Positions 1 to 7,706 of a stretch of DNA of 33,927 bases are shown in pieces. Both the position numbers and the translations under genes were made by a program. The notes under the pieces are model-generated. The model was not told where the DNA came from. It searched no databases and was given only the letters and a program-made list of their open reading frames with translations. Positions within the stretch are counted from its first letter, which is position 1, and every line of letters begins with the position of its first letter. This DNA is from an uncultured Opitutia bacterium (GTDB lineage Bacteria > Verrucomicrobiota > Verrucomicrobiia > Opitutales > Opitutaceae), in the NCBI GenBank assembly GCA_903938935.1, contig CAJAFD010000523.1, positions 1 to 33,927 on the forward strand, in the 5' to 3' direction.

Positions 1-1
1 C

Positions 2-448
2 GTGGACGTGGCTCCCGAGACCCCGCTATTGTGGGTGCTCCGCGATCACCTCGACCTCGTTGGCACCAAATTCGGTTGCGGCATCGGCCAATGCCGCGCG
101 TGCACCGTGCATATCGGCGGTCAACCCGTCCAGGCCTGCATGACTCCGGTCTCCGGCGTCGGCCGCAAACCCGTCGTCACCATCGAGGGCCTTTCTACCG
201 ACGGCACCCATCCCCTTCAAAAAGCTTGGTGTGAACTCGACGTCGCCCAATGCGGCTACTGCCAAGCCGGCCAGCTCATGACCGCTTCCGCCCTCCTTGC
301 CGATAATCCTAAGCCCACCGACGAGGACATCGACAACGCCATGGCCGGCAACGTGTGCCGCTGCGGCACCTACCTTCGCATCCGCGCCGGCATTCATCGC
401 GCCGCCGAGCTCGCCACCGCCAGCAACTCAAAGGAGGCCGCCAAATGA
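2..448 (+). CDS. [2Fe-2S]-binding small subunit of a molybdenum hydroxylase (IorA / aldehyde oxidoreductase small-subunit family); N-terminus cut by window edge
   Basis: ORF 2..448. Two Cys clusters, [11 protein letters not shown] and CGYCQAGQ...NVCRCGTY, are typical of this family. The stop overlaps the next ATG (ATGA at 445-448). Confidence 0.85.
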   Translation: MDVAPETPLLWVLRDHLDLVGTKFGCGIGQCRACTVHIGGQPVQACMTPVSGVGRKPVVTIEGLSTDGTHPLQKAWCELDVAQCGYCQAGQLMTASALLADNPKPTDEDIDNAMAGNVCRCGTYLRIRAGIHRAAELATASNSKEAAK

Positions 449-2658
449 ATCCATACGAAGCTCCTACCCCGCCCACGATACCCGCGCTTGATCGCCGCGA
501 TTTCCTGCGACTCACGTCCGTCGCCAGCGGCGGCCTCATTCTCGGATCATTTCTAAAAACTACCGGCGACGTCCAAGCCGCCGAGATCGCCAAGACCGCG
601 CCCGCCGGCGACTTCACGCCCAACGCCTTCATCCGCCTCGGCCTCGACGGTTCGATTACCCTCATTGCCCCGCGCCCCGATTCCGGCCAAGGCGTAAAAA
701 CCTCGCTCCCGATGCTCCTAGCGGAGGATCTCGAAGCGCCGTGGCAATCCGTCACCGTGCAAATGGCCGACCTTAACGCCATCTACGGCAGCCAATCCGC
801 CGGTGGCAGCACCTCGACCCCCACGTTTTACACGCTCCTGCGCCAACTCGGCGCCACGGCGCGCATCATGCTCGTCGAAGCCGCCGCCCAGACTTGGGGC
901 GTCCCCGCCAACGAGTGCGTGGCCGAAGCCGCAGTGGTGCACCACCGCGCCAGCAAACGCTCCCTCGCCTACCGCGACCTCGTCGCCAAGGCCGCGAACC
1001 TGCCCGTCCCCGACGCCAAGAAAGCTACCCTCAAAGACTCGAAAGATTTCAAGTTACTCGGCCGCCGCATCAGCGGTGTGGACAATCAAAAGATTGTCAC
1101 CGGCCAAAATCTTTTCGGCCTAGATTTCAAACTACCCGGCATGGCCTATGCCGTGTTTGAAAAATGCCCGGTCTTCGGCGGCAAAGTGGTCTCCGCCAAT
1201 CTCGACCGCATCAAAACCCTTCCTGGCGTGAAGGACGCCTTCATCCTCGAAGGCACGAGTGATCTCCGCGGACTCATGCCCGGCGTCGCCATTCTCGCCG
1301 ATTCTACCTGGGCCGCCCTCACCGCCCGGCGCCAACTCAAGATCGTCTGGAACGAAGGCCCCCGCGCCAATGACAGCTGGGACAACTTCACCCAACAGGC
1401 CCAAGCCCTCGCCGCCAAAGGCACGGGCAACGTCGTGCGCAAAGACGGCGACATCGACGCCGCTTTTGCCGCGGCGACCAAAACCGTCGAGGGAGCGTAT
1501 TCCTATCCCTTCATCTCACACGCCAATCTCGAGCCGCAAAACTGCACCGCTCGCGTCACCGCCGAACGCGCCGAAATTTGGGCACCCACGCAAAACCCCG
1601 GCGCCGGCGCCGACATGGTCAGCAAAGTCCTCGGCATTCCCAAAGCCAACATCACCGTCCATATCCTCCGCGCGGGCGGCGGTTTCGGTCGCCGACTCAG
1701 CGCCGATTTCGTGATCGAGGCCGCCGCCATCGCCCAAAAAGCCGGCGTCCCCGTCAAACTCACGTGGACGCGCGAAGACGATCTTCGCCATGATCATTTC
1801 CGCCCGGGTGGTTTTCATTTCCTCAAGGGTGGTGTCGACGCCTCGGGCAAAATCACCGCTTGGCGCAATCACACCGTGCTCTTCGCCGGCGGACTCAATG
1901 CGGATGAATTCCCCAGCCGCTTTATCCCCAATCACCTCGGGCTCAGCAGCGTAATCGAAAACGGCATCCCCATGGGCCCGTGGCGCGCGCCCGGCAGTTG
2001 CGTGTTCGCCTTCGTCTACCAGAGCTTCATCGACGAACTCGCCCACGCCGCCGGACGTGATCCGCTCGCCGTGCGGCTCGAAATCTTAGGTGATCACGGC
2101 ACCGTTCCCGGCACCGGAGAACGTGGCACGCCCTACAATGCCGCGCGCATGAAAGCCGTGGTCAAACTCGTCGCCGAAAAATCTGGCTGGGGCAAAAAAC
2201 TTCCCCGCGGCCAGGGTCAAGGCATCGCGTTTCACTTTAGTCATCGCGGCTACATTGCCCAAGTAGCTGAGGTCACCGTCGCCAAAACCGGCGAACTCCG
2301 CGTGGATCGCGTCGTCTGCGTGTCCGATGTCGGCTCGCAAATCGTCAATCTCAGTGGCGCCGAAAACCAAGTTGAAGGTTCCATCGTCGACGGCCTCAGC
2401 GCCGCCTGGCGCCAAGAGCTGAACATCGAGCGCGGTCGCATCGTCGAGGCCAACCTCGCCGAATATCAACTCCTCCGTATGCCCGACGCGCCCCGGAAAA
2501 TCGAGTGTCACTTCCTAACCAGCGACAACCCGCCGACTGGACTAGGCGAACCCGTATTACCACCGCTCGCCCCCGCCGTGGCCAACGCGATCTTCGCCGC
2601 CACCGGCAAACGCATCCGTCAGCTGCCGTTTTCGAAGACTGATATCAGCTGGAGCTGA
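445..2658 (+). CDS. Molybdopterin-binding large subunit (IorB / aldehyde oxidoreductase beta-like), Tat-exported
   Basis: In-frame ATG at 445 (M31 of ORF 355..2658), 7 nt after AAGGAGG (431-437). Twin-arginine motif RRDFLRL is followed by a hydrophobic stretch. GGGFGRR block and about 737 aa length fit xanthine-dehydrogenase-family Mo subunits. Confidence 0.85.
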   Translation: MNPYEAPTPPTIPALDRRDFLRLTSVASGGLILGSFLKTTGDVQAAEIAKTAPAGDFTPNAFIRLGLDGSITLIAPRPDSGQGVKTSLPMLLAEDLEAPWQSVTVQMADLNAIYGSQSAGGSTSTPTFYTLLRQLGATARIMLVEAAAQTWGVPANECVAEAAVVHHRASKRSLAYRDLVAKAANLPVPDAKKATLKDSKDFKLLGRRISGVDNQKIVTGQNLFGLDFKLPGMAYAVFEKCPVFGGKVVSANLDRIKTLPGVKDAFILEGTSDLRGLMPGVAILADSTWAALTARRQLKIVWNEGPRANDSWDNFTQQAQALAAKGTGNVVRKDGDIDAAFAAATKTVEGAYSYPFISHANLEPQNCTARVTAERAEIWAPTQNPGAGADMVSKVLGIPKANITVHILRAGGGFGRRLSADFVIEAAAIAQKAGVPVKLTWTREDDLRHDHFRPGGFHFLKGGVDASGKITAWRNHTVLFAGGLNADEFPSRFIPNHLGLSSVIENGIPMGPWRAPGSCVFAFVYQSFIDELAHAAGRDPLAVRLEILGDHGTVPGTGERGTPYNAARMKAVVKLVAEKSGWGKKLPRGQGQGIAFHFSHRGYIAQVAEVTVAKTGELRVDRVVCVSDVGSQIVNLSGAENQVEGSIVDGLSAAWRQELNIERGRIVEANLAEYQLLRMPDAPRKIECHFLTSDNPPTGLGEPVLPPLAPAVANAIFAATGKRIRQLPFSKTDISWS

Positions 2659-2672
2659 ACCCATCGCACATC

Positions 2673-2715
2673 GGCGAGCCAGTAAACCGCTCCCGCGGCT
2701 GGCTCGCCTTTTTTT
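2673..2715 (+). terminator. Rho-independent terminator between convergent genes
   Basis: Perfect 10-bp stem GGCGAGCCAG (2673-2682) / CTGGCTCGCC (2699-2708) with a 16-nt loop, followed by TTTTTTT (2709-2715). The T-run abuts the stop of the minus-strand gene at 2714. Confidence 0.8.
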
Positions 2716-4180
2716 AACGCAGTCTCTCGATGCGCATATCGATCACCACGTCGTACGCCGAGGTATCAACCGGCCGATCCAAACTCGACTTAAACCGCAT
2801 CGCACGCTCCGCGGCGATTCCAGACGATCCCTGACTCCGCAACGCGACGCGGAGCATTTCCTTAGGACTCCACTCACAGTCCGAAGAATTGGAGCCAAAC
2901 TCATCCAGCCAGCGCAACGGGGCGCGCGACTCACCCGCTTTTTCCAAAATCAATAACACGCGGGGCGAATTAAACGCCGATACGCGCAAAGCCGCCTGTT
3001 CGATGATCGCCAACTCCGCGGCTTGAGGCTCGGCAAAAAGATAACGCGTATTCCAATAAGCGCACCCCATCGCCACCACCGCAGAGCTCACCAGAAAAAG
3101 CCGCCGGAGCCATTGTGGAAAACCAGTGAGCGGTCTGAGCACGAGCAACCAAACCACCGCCGCCAGAGCCCAAAGGGTGCGATAAGTCGCCCAGCGCTCA
3201 CTCGCGATCAGCGTGACACTTCCCGCGAGCAGCAGCCCCAACACCAGCGCACCTAACCAAATTCCGCCGATCGCGCGTCCACGTCGCCACGCGCTCCAAC
3301 CACCCCAAAGTGTGAGCAACACGCTTATACCTACGACCAACGTCCAGCCATACGCCGTACGGTCGGCGACGTCACGAACCACAAAAAGCCCAAACGCTTC
3401 CTGTAAATTGTGCTGAGCGTACCACGCCATTTTTGTCAGCGGGGCGGCCTCGAGACTTACTCGTTTTGAGGCGAGGAAAATTCCAGTAGCAAACAGCAAT
3501 TTGATGACGACAAACGCGAGCGCCAAACCACCAAACAAAATCATCCCATGCCTCAGCGCCCAACGCGCATCATGTCGGCCCTCGTAAAAAATCCCCGCTG
3601 CCACCACCGGAACGAGATACAGCATCACATCGCTCTGATAAAAAAGCGCCCCACTCATCACCAAAATAACGGCGCCAAACGCAGGCCAAAATCGTTTACG
3701 CACCGAAGTATCCGCCAGCAAAAACGCGCTTAAGCCAAACACGCCGCCAATAATATGCGGCCCACAAATCGCCCAAGCCACCTTGACCTGCGCTGAGGGT
3801 AAAAGTGCAACCAACAAGCCAATCGCCGCCGCAAGTTCCGCCTGAAGTCCAATCCGGCGATGCAAAGCCCAAGCCATGAGTATCCCAACGACACTCGCAA
3901 GACCCACGCCGATCGCCCGCAGATAACCAAGATTGTCGACTTCTCCTGCAATATTGCAGGCGCGGGCCAGGAATAAACCATAGAGCGGCCGACCTTGCGA
4001 CGCGCAGAAATTTAACGTCGTGCGCAGATCGTCCTGCGACTCGCGCAGCGTAGAATAGTCGTCCCGAAACCCATAGCGATCACTCAGAGCCGGCGCGTAT
4101 GCAGCGAAAGGCAAAAGTCCGACCAAGGTCAGCAACAGCCAGAATGGCACGACACGCGTGGTAACACGGTTGGACTTCAT
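2714..4180 (-). CDS. Polytopic membrane protein, GT-C-like glycosyltransferase architecture (GtrII/ArnT-like); function unknown
   Basis: 488-aa ORF with about 12 hydrophobic segments. Acidic loop motif GFRDDYS follows helix 1, and the C-terminal ~110 aa are soluble. The ATG overlaps the polB stop (ATGA, 4177-4180). Confidence 0.6.
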   Translation of the reverse strand: MKSNRVTTRVVPFWLLLTLVGLLPFAAYAPALSDRYGFRDDYSTLRESQDDLRTTLNFCASQGRPLYGLFLARACNIAGEVDNLGYLRAIGVGLASVVGILMAWALHRRIGLQAELAAAIGLLVALLPSAQVKVAWAICGPHIIGGVFGLSAFLLADTSVRKRFWPAFGAVILVMSGALFYQSDVMLYLVPVVAAGIFYEGRHDARWALRHGMILFGGLALAFVVIKLLFATGIFLASKRVSLEAAPLTKMAWYAQHNLQEAFGLFVVRDVADRTAYGWTLVVGISVLLTLWGGWSAWRRGRAIGGIWLGALVLGLLLAGSVTLIASERWATYRTLWALAAVVWLLVLRPLTGFPQWLRRLFLVSSAVVAMGCAYWNTRYLFAEPQAAELAIIEQAALRVSAFNSPRVLLILEKAGESRAPLRWLDEFGSNSSDCEWSPKEMLRVALRSQGSSGIAAERAMRFKSSLDRPVDTSAYDVVIDMRIERLR

Positions 4181-6357
4181 AGAAGCATCAAATCCCCTTG
4201 GCCGTCACCGACGGGCTTCGCACCGATAAATTTCCCATAGCGCTCAACCCAATCATCAATCTTTTCCAAATAATAGCTCTCATCATACGGAGCTGAGGTC
4301 GCATCAAACATCTCCAGCGGCCGCGCGCGCTGCCAATCGCTCGTCTGCCCTTTTTGTTTCGGTACGATGTAATAAGCGATGCGTTCGCCCATGCGCGGAC
4401 GCGGATTCATTTTAAGCGCGGCCTCGGCCGAGGCCCGACGCGGTTTGCCGCCCTCGGCGATGAAGCGCTCATAGGCATCAGGATTCATGCTGAGCGACTC
4501 ACTTTTAGCCACGTCGCTGACCGGCAAAGCCCGAGCGGTCAGTAAGCGACGATACTCTTCCAGCAAAGCTAGCGGCGACTCGGGTTCCGCTCCCACCAAG
4601 TGGCGCAGGAGTTGTCGGGATAATTTTTTGAGGTACGGCTCAATCCCGCGCGAGCGCAGCGCACTGCCGCGCAACGTTACTTTTTTCCCGTCGTAGAGCG
4701 CGTAGTTTTTGGCCTTGTAACAAAACATCGCCGTATAACAGCCGTCGTATTCTAGCTCGATTCCGGGAGGCAACGTCGGCGCGACCAATGCAAGCAATTG
4801 CTCCGGCTCTGAAAAATATTTTTCCGCGGAAAGATAAATTCCATCCGTGTCGGCCTCGAGGATCCTGCATCCATGGCGCGAAAATTCTTCGATGAGTGCC
4901 TGCAGCAACTCCCGCCCGCGGCGCGTCACTTCCGCCGCGAGTTCACCATCACCAAATCGCGCACCGGAAAACCCGAGATAACCGTAAAAGGAATTGATCA
5001 AAATCTTGTACGCCGTCTGGCGAGCCTGCGCTTCCGCGCGCTCGTCAGCAGTAAGCGCATTGCGCGCGAGGAGTTTGAACTTTAAGCGATACTCGCGCAG
5101 CGATTTGAGCAGGGGGATAAACACACCGAGCGAATCGTTGCGTGGATTACGGGCGATGTTGAGCAGCAGGCTCGGATACAGCGAGGCCACGTCAAAATGC
5201 ATCACGTGCTTAAACACGCCTTCTTCATAACTTTTGGTAAAACCACCCTCAAAAGATGCGGTATCCTGTGGCACCGGGACGGATTGGCGGGCGTGATAAT
5301 ATTCCTCGAGAAACAAAAGATCGATCTTCGCCGTGGTCCCGCGAAGGGTCGCCTCTTGCAGCAAAATCGGGAACGTCCGTGTCTGCTCAAAATAAGTCGG
5401 CAGCAAGAGATCGGCTAAGCCTTGGGTTTCGCGCAAGTCGTCCTCCAAGTACGCGCAAAACCGTGCTCGATCCGCCCAAAACGTTTCGGCGATTTTCCCG
5501 CCGTCCAGATACGTGCGCTCCTCGCTGTCCTCATCCGTGATACCAAAATAAACCGCCACATCTTTGAGTCCGTAGGCGGTAAGTTCGCGCGTGGTGACGT
5601 CGTAAAGTTGGACCAGCAAATACGTGTCCACCACCGTGCGCCCGGGCAGATCACAACGCGGAAAATCGATCCATCGCTCGGCGACCTTGAGGCGACTATT
5701 GCGAAACGAAGCCTTTTGCCCGAAGCGCCCCCAGGCGCAGGGCACTTTGTGTCGGCGCGCGCGGAGACGTAGGAAATCGAGATCGAATTTAAAGATATTG
5801 TGCCCCTCGATCACATCCGGATCGATCTCAGCCAGAGCGGAGTTGAGCTCGACTAATAAGTTTTTTTCCGCCGCGTCCGTCGCCTCCGCCAATACCAATA
5901 AGCGATTCTTGTCGGCGCAGCGTAAACCGACTGCCAAGACCCGATCTTCAGGCTTACTCGCATCGCTGAAAGAGCCGTCGGCCGAAGAGGTTTCGATGTC
6001 CAACTGACAGCGCCGCAATTGCCCAAAATTCAAATCACGGTAAAGCCGAGCGCGTTGCTGGATGAGAAATTGATTTTCCAACGGTCGCACCGCATCGACC
6101 CCAACAGTGGCCTTCGCCGTTTTGATAAAAGCCTCGTACGCCTCTAGCGTCTCGGCCTGCGCGAGCCGCGCGTACGGGGCAGTACCGCTCAAATCCTCGA
6201 TCTTTATTTCTGCTGGTACACTAGCTGGAAGTCCATTGAGCCACGCAAAAGGACGCAGCACGTCAGTCCTCTCAACGCGGGCGCCTTCCGGCGTCGCGAG
6301 GGAAACATGGACTAAACCAACGTCATCTACCCAGACGCCGCAAAGCGTCTCGGTCAT
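4177..6357 (-). CDS. polB: Family-B DNA polymerase (Pol II-type) with intact 3'-5' exonuclease
   Basis: Exo motifs DIETS, NIFKFDLDFL, YLEDDLRE. Pol motifs DVASLYPS (A), KILINSFYGYLG (B), EADTDGIY (C) and KAKNYAL. Start placed at ATG 6357 (M49 of ORF 4177..6501) because the longer form overlaps the upstream gene and GGAG precedes this ATG. Confidence 0.85.
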   Translation of the reverse strand: MTETLCGVWVDDVGLVHVSLATPEGARVERTDVLRPFAWLNGLPASVPAEIKIEDLSGTAPYARLAQAETLEAYEAFIKTAKATVGVDAVRPLENQFLIQQRARLYRDLNFGQLRRCQLDIETSSADGSFSDASKPEDRVLAVGLRCADKNRLLVLAEATDAAEKNLLVELNSALAEIDPDVIEGHNIFKFDLDFLRLRARRHKVPCAWGRFGQKASFRNSRLKVAERWIDFPRCDLPGRTVVDTYLLVQLYDVTTRELTAYGLKDVAVYFGITDEDSEERTYLDGGKIAETFWADRARFCAYLEDDLRETQGLADLLLPTYFEQTRTFPILLQEATLRGTTAKIDLLFLEEYYHARQSVPVPQDTASFEGGFTKSYEEGVFKHVMHFDVASLYPSLLLNIARNPRNDSLGVFIPLLKSLREYRLKFKLLARNALTADERAEAQARQTAYKILINSFYGYLGFSGARFGDGELAAEVTRRGRELLQALIEEFSRHGCRILEADTDGIYLSAEKYFSEPEQLLALVAPTLPPGIELEYDGCYTAMFCYKAKNYALYDGKKVTLRGSALRSRGIEPYLKKLSRQLLRHLVGAEPESPLALLEEYRRLLTARALPVSDVAKSESLSMNPDAYERFIAEGGKPRRASAEAALKMNPRPRMGERIAYYIVPKQKGQTSDWQRARPLEMFDATSAPYDESYYLEKIDDWVERYGKFIGAKPVGDGQGDLMLL

Positions 6358-6371
6358 CTGTATCGGCTCCT

Positions 6372-6710
6372 TCAGAACGGCCGCACGTAGACCATCACCA
6401 CTGCCGTAATCGCTAACACCAACGCGAGCAGCATGTAGACGCAGGTTTGCTCGCGCTTGCGGTATGCGAAGCCGGCGATCGCCGACAGGCCGAGCCAGCA
6501 AACAAGTTTAACGATGATCCAACCCGGGAATCCAAGATGCAATTTAGCCAGCAGTCCGAAACCGCCGACTAGAGCGAGCAAACTGGCAATCCCTGTGATC
6601 ATCATAACGCGGCGCTTGGACTCGGCCGGTGCAGCAAAGGCGTAAAACGTGTAACCGAAAAGAACCAGCAAAGAGCTGATGTGGAGGATATGATAGACTG
6701 TTGGGTTCAT
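6372..6710 (-). CDS. Small integral membrane protein (about 4 helices), unknown function
   Basis: ORF 6372..6755. Four hydrophobic stretches in 112 aa counted from ATG 6710. An alternative TTG start lies at 6755. No RFxxVG GtrA-type motif. Confidence 0.55.
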   Translation of the reverse strand: MNPTVYHILHISSLLVLFGYTFYAFAAPAESKRRVMMITGIASLLALVGGFGLLAKLHLGFPGWIIVKLVCWLGLSAIAGFAYRKREQTCVYMLLALVLAITAVVMVYVRPF

Positions 6711-6857
6711 AAGAAATTGGAAAAAATTGACACCCCGCCTGTGCCGTATGCCCAAAGGCTCAGGACCTTTTTAGGTTAAGGTGGGCACCTCCTCCGCAGC
6801 GTCTGCTTTCCGATTTACGGCCTAGCATCTTCCGCGACGGTCTCGGTTCCCGTAATA

Positions 6858-6897
6858 ATTCTAAGGCAAAGAGCAGTTATTGAAAGCACCTCGAACA
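6858..6897 (-). promoter_or_regulatory. Candidate promoter (TTTCAA-N16-TAGAAT) with overlapping TGTTC-N4-TGCTT direct repeat, upstream of the 4TM/polB/GT-C unit
   Basis: Minus-strand reading: cagTGTTCgaggTGCTTTCAAtaactgctctttgcctTAGAATtatt. The -10-like element is at 6858-6863 and the -35-like element at 6880-6885. The repeat spans 6884-6897. Confidence 0.25.
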
Positions 6898-6952
6898 CTG
6901 CAGGGTGTCAGCGCCAAAACTAAGTCGCCCATCACCGCCGTCAAACGCCGAA

Positions 6953-7414
6953 TCAGGATTCGATGATACTGGAATCCAGATGCTGTATAATCAGCTCCTG
7001 CACCGTGGCCAGAAAGAGGTAACACATAAACGCCTTCCTCACATCTTCAGCCAGATCCTCGAGCTCCACGTCTCCGCCCTCAAGCGTGTCGTCGCCCAAT
7101 CCCCGCAGATAAACTTCGCGCAAACGCAACCGCACCGCCGCGCAGGCCCGCACGATGGGTTCGGCGTTATCTTCATCAAATGCGACGATGCCCTCGCTAA
7201 AAAACTCTTCGTCAAACAGCGCCAACAACGCCTTCACATCAGCCGTCTGGCCCGTGATCAATTCCGCCAACCAGGCATCGCGAAAATCTTCGTCCACGTC
7301 GCCCAGTTCTTGAGGCGCCGCGAGCTTTTCGCTCAGCCCGTCCACCAGAAGTCGGATCACATCCAGCAGCGGCGCGACGATCGATAGACTTAATTTGACC
7401 TCAATGCGTTTCAT
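6953..7414 (-). CDS. Acidic cytoplasmic protein, possibly DUF2017-like (clpS-associated family)
   Basis: 153-aa ORF, very D/E-rich, with no hydrophobic segments. Its start overlaps the clpS 3' end by 14 nt. The family call rests on remembered clpS-DUF2017 adjacency and general sequence character only. Confidence 0.4.
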   Translation of the reverse strand: MKRIEVKLSLSIVAPLLDVIRLLVDGLSEKLAAPQELGDVDEDFRDAWLAELITGQTADVKALLALFDEEFFSEGIVAFDEDNAEPIVRACAAVRLRLREVYLRGLGDDTLEGGDVELEDLAEDVRKAFMCYLFLATVQELIIQHLDSSIIES

Positions 7415-7706
7415 CGGGTTCGAGGACGGCCGTCAGATGCCATTGCTGCAAGGTGAACACATACGCTTCTGCTTTTTCGCGGAGCCCGCTCCAAACCACC
7501 GAGCGACCTTGCTCATGGACTTCGAGCATGTGTCGGCGCGCAGTCGTTTCGCTGAACCCGAAGATTTTTTTAAAAACCATCATCACATAAGACATGAGAT
7601 TCACCGGGTCATTCAAAACGACGACACGCCAGACCCCGCTGAGTTGCAGCTCGGTGCGATTCAGCGTCTCGGTCGACGGCGAGGATTTGACGCTAGAAAC
7701 GATCAT
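7401..7706 (-). CDS. clpS: ATP-dependent Clp protease adaptor ClpS
   Basis: 101 aa. Core VVVLNDPVNLMSYVMMVFKKIFGFSETTARRHMLEVHEQGRSVV is typical of ClpS. The ATG overlaps the proS stop (7703-7706). Confidence 0.85.
   Translation of the reverse strand: MIVSSVKSSPSTETLNRTELQLSGVWRVVVLNDPVNLMSYVMMVFKKIFGFSETTARRHMLEVHEQGRSVVWSGLREKAEAYVFTLQQWHLTAVLEPDETH

Noticed and set aside
4177-6357. PolB as the marker of a casposon, pipolin or other self-synthesising mobile element.
   Set aside because: I found no Cas1, integrase/recombinase, terminal protein, tRNA target or flanking direct/inverted repeats nearby. The domain order and motifs look like chromosomal Pol II.
6358-6501. N-terminal 48-codon extension of polB in the track ORF. 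Similar 5' extensions occur at 355..444 (iorB), 9470..9508 (proS), 21246..21317 (trpD), 29848..29916 (ABC ATPase) and 29931..29972 (hpt).
   Set aside because: The extensions are Arg-rich, overlap the neighbouring gene or promoter region, and internal ATGs give N-termini matching the known families.
2714-6710. Lower G+C of the polB cluster as evidence for horizontal acquisition. Hand counts: 29/60 at 4801-4860, versus 40/60 at 19441-19500 in glmM.
   Set aside because: uvrB, a core gene, is similarly low in places (32/60 at 31501-31560). A few hand-counted lines cannot separate gene-specific composition from an island, so a proper sliding-window and codon-usage analysis is needed.
6372-6710. 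Small 4-helix protein as a GtrA-like flippase partner of the GT-C-like protein (gtrA/gtr-type logic).
   Set aside because: It lacks the N-terminal RFxxVG-type GtrA signature, and no GtrB-like GT-2 gene is present. I kept it as an unknown membrane protein.
6790-6850. SRP (4.5S) RNA-like element on the minus strand: cgtaaatcGGAAagcagacg, with a GGAA tetraloop and AGCAG.
   Set aside because: The helix closing the tetraloop and the symmetric-loop pairing of SRP domain IV are absent, and the flanks do not fold into the long SRP hairpin.
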